From NCBI RefSeq assembly GCF_031769215.1, contig NW_026782173.1, positions 2,728,001-2,792,000 on the forward strand: a DNA stretch of 64,000 nucleotides. Direction: 5' to 3'. Of this stretch, positions 63,523 to 64,000 are shown piece by piece (positions within the stretch are counted from its first letter, which is position 1; each line of letters opens with the position of its first letter). The notes beneath the pieces were generated by a model. It ran no database searches. It was given only the letters and a program-made list of their open reading frames with translations, and was not told the DNA's origin. The translations under genes were made by a program, and so were the position numbers. This DNA comes from Ylistrum balloti (lineage: Eukaryota).

Positions 63523-63711
63523 TCAATTCGTCTTCCCCAATAAATCATCATTACATACGCTGGTTGCAGCAGGCGGGTCATTGGTCATTGTGTCGACATT
63601 TGTAGACTTCATTCTGAAATAGTTGCTGGACGGTTGAACCATTGACAAAAGTCCTATAGCTTCGATATTGCTTTGCTTCCATTTGCCTATTCTAGAATTT
63701 AGGACGCTGGT
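63523..63711 (-). CDS. MFSD1-like: Terminal exon of a third MFSD1-like paralog (TSVLNSRIGKWKQSNIEAIGLL...KTN*); rest of gene beyond the window
   Basis: tgtttcag| acceptor; LNSRIxxWxxSNxExIGL shared with the copy 2 terminal exon. Confidence 0.82.
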   Translation of the reverse strand, partial: TSVLNSRIGKWKQSNIEAIGLLSMVQPSSNYFRMKSTNVDTMTNDPPAATSVCNDDLLGKTN

Positions 63712-64000
63712 CTGAAACACAAAAAAGTTGTTGACTTAACATGTCTGTGAAAGTCATTAGATACGAGATTTTGAAAGATATACCAAATGCCATTGTCATT
63801 TTTTTGCATATTCAGTATAATTTACCTTTCGGATATCCAGCACATTCATCATTATTCCAAAAATTAATCCCGTTGATGACATTATTATCAACATCAGGAA
63901 AAAGTGTTTATAATTACGTAGTGCTTCTTTTGTGTCTGTCCTGCAAAAAAAAAAAAAAATGAGAAAATCGCAATTGAAATTATGTTCTAACTGAATTTAT

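Overview
AT-rich eukaryotic (animal) genomic DNA. The repeat families suggest a bivalve mollusc, but that is an inference. The ORF track misses most coding sequence because the genes are spliced; I rebuilt them by hand from GT-AG sites, intron phase and protein similarity. All recognisable genes lie on the minus strand and form a transporter cluster. (1) An intact 10-exon SLC5 sodium:solute symporter of the SMCT/SMVT/NIS subfamily (12698-23969, 662 aa, C-terminus STDL). (2) A tandem array of divergent MFSD1-like MFS transporters: copy 1 (26281-45821, 13 exons, one 1-nt frameshift in exon 10), copy 2 (49173-61008, 13 exons, apparently intact, about 494 aa) and the last exon of copy 3 (63523-63711, rest beyond the window). 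These paralogs have a CKVC-containing, N-glycosylatable first loop, altered substrate-site motifs and a conserved C-terminal [DE]xxxL[LIM] motif. The rest of the window holds a decayed 27-bp coding-like repeat (EDQPQTTTV)n near the left end, a CR1/L2-type LINE, several Penelope-like (Naiad-type) fragments, Tc1 and SWIM-transposase remnants, MITE/HINE/Kolobok-like elements, a SINE, several minisatellites and three local duplications inside MFSD1-like introns. Family assignments rest on remembered motifs, not on database searches. No rRNA, tRNA or CRISPR array is supported.
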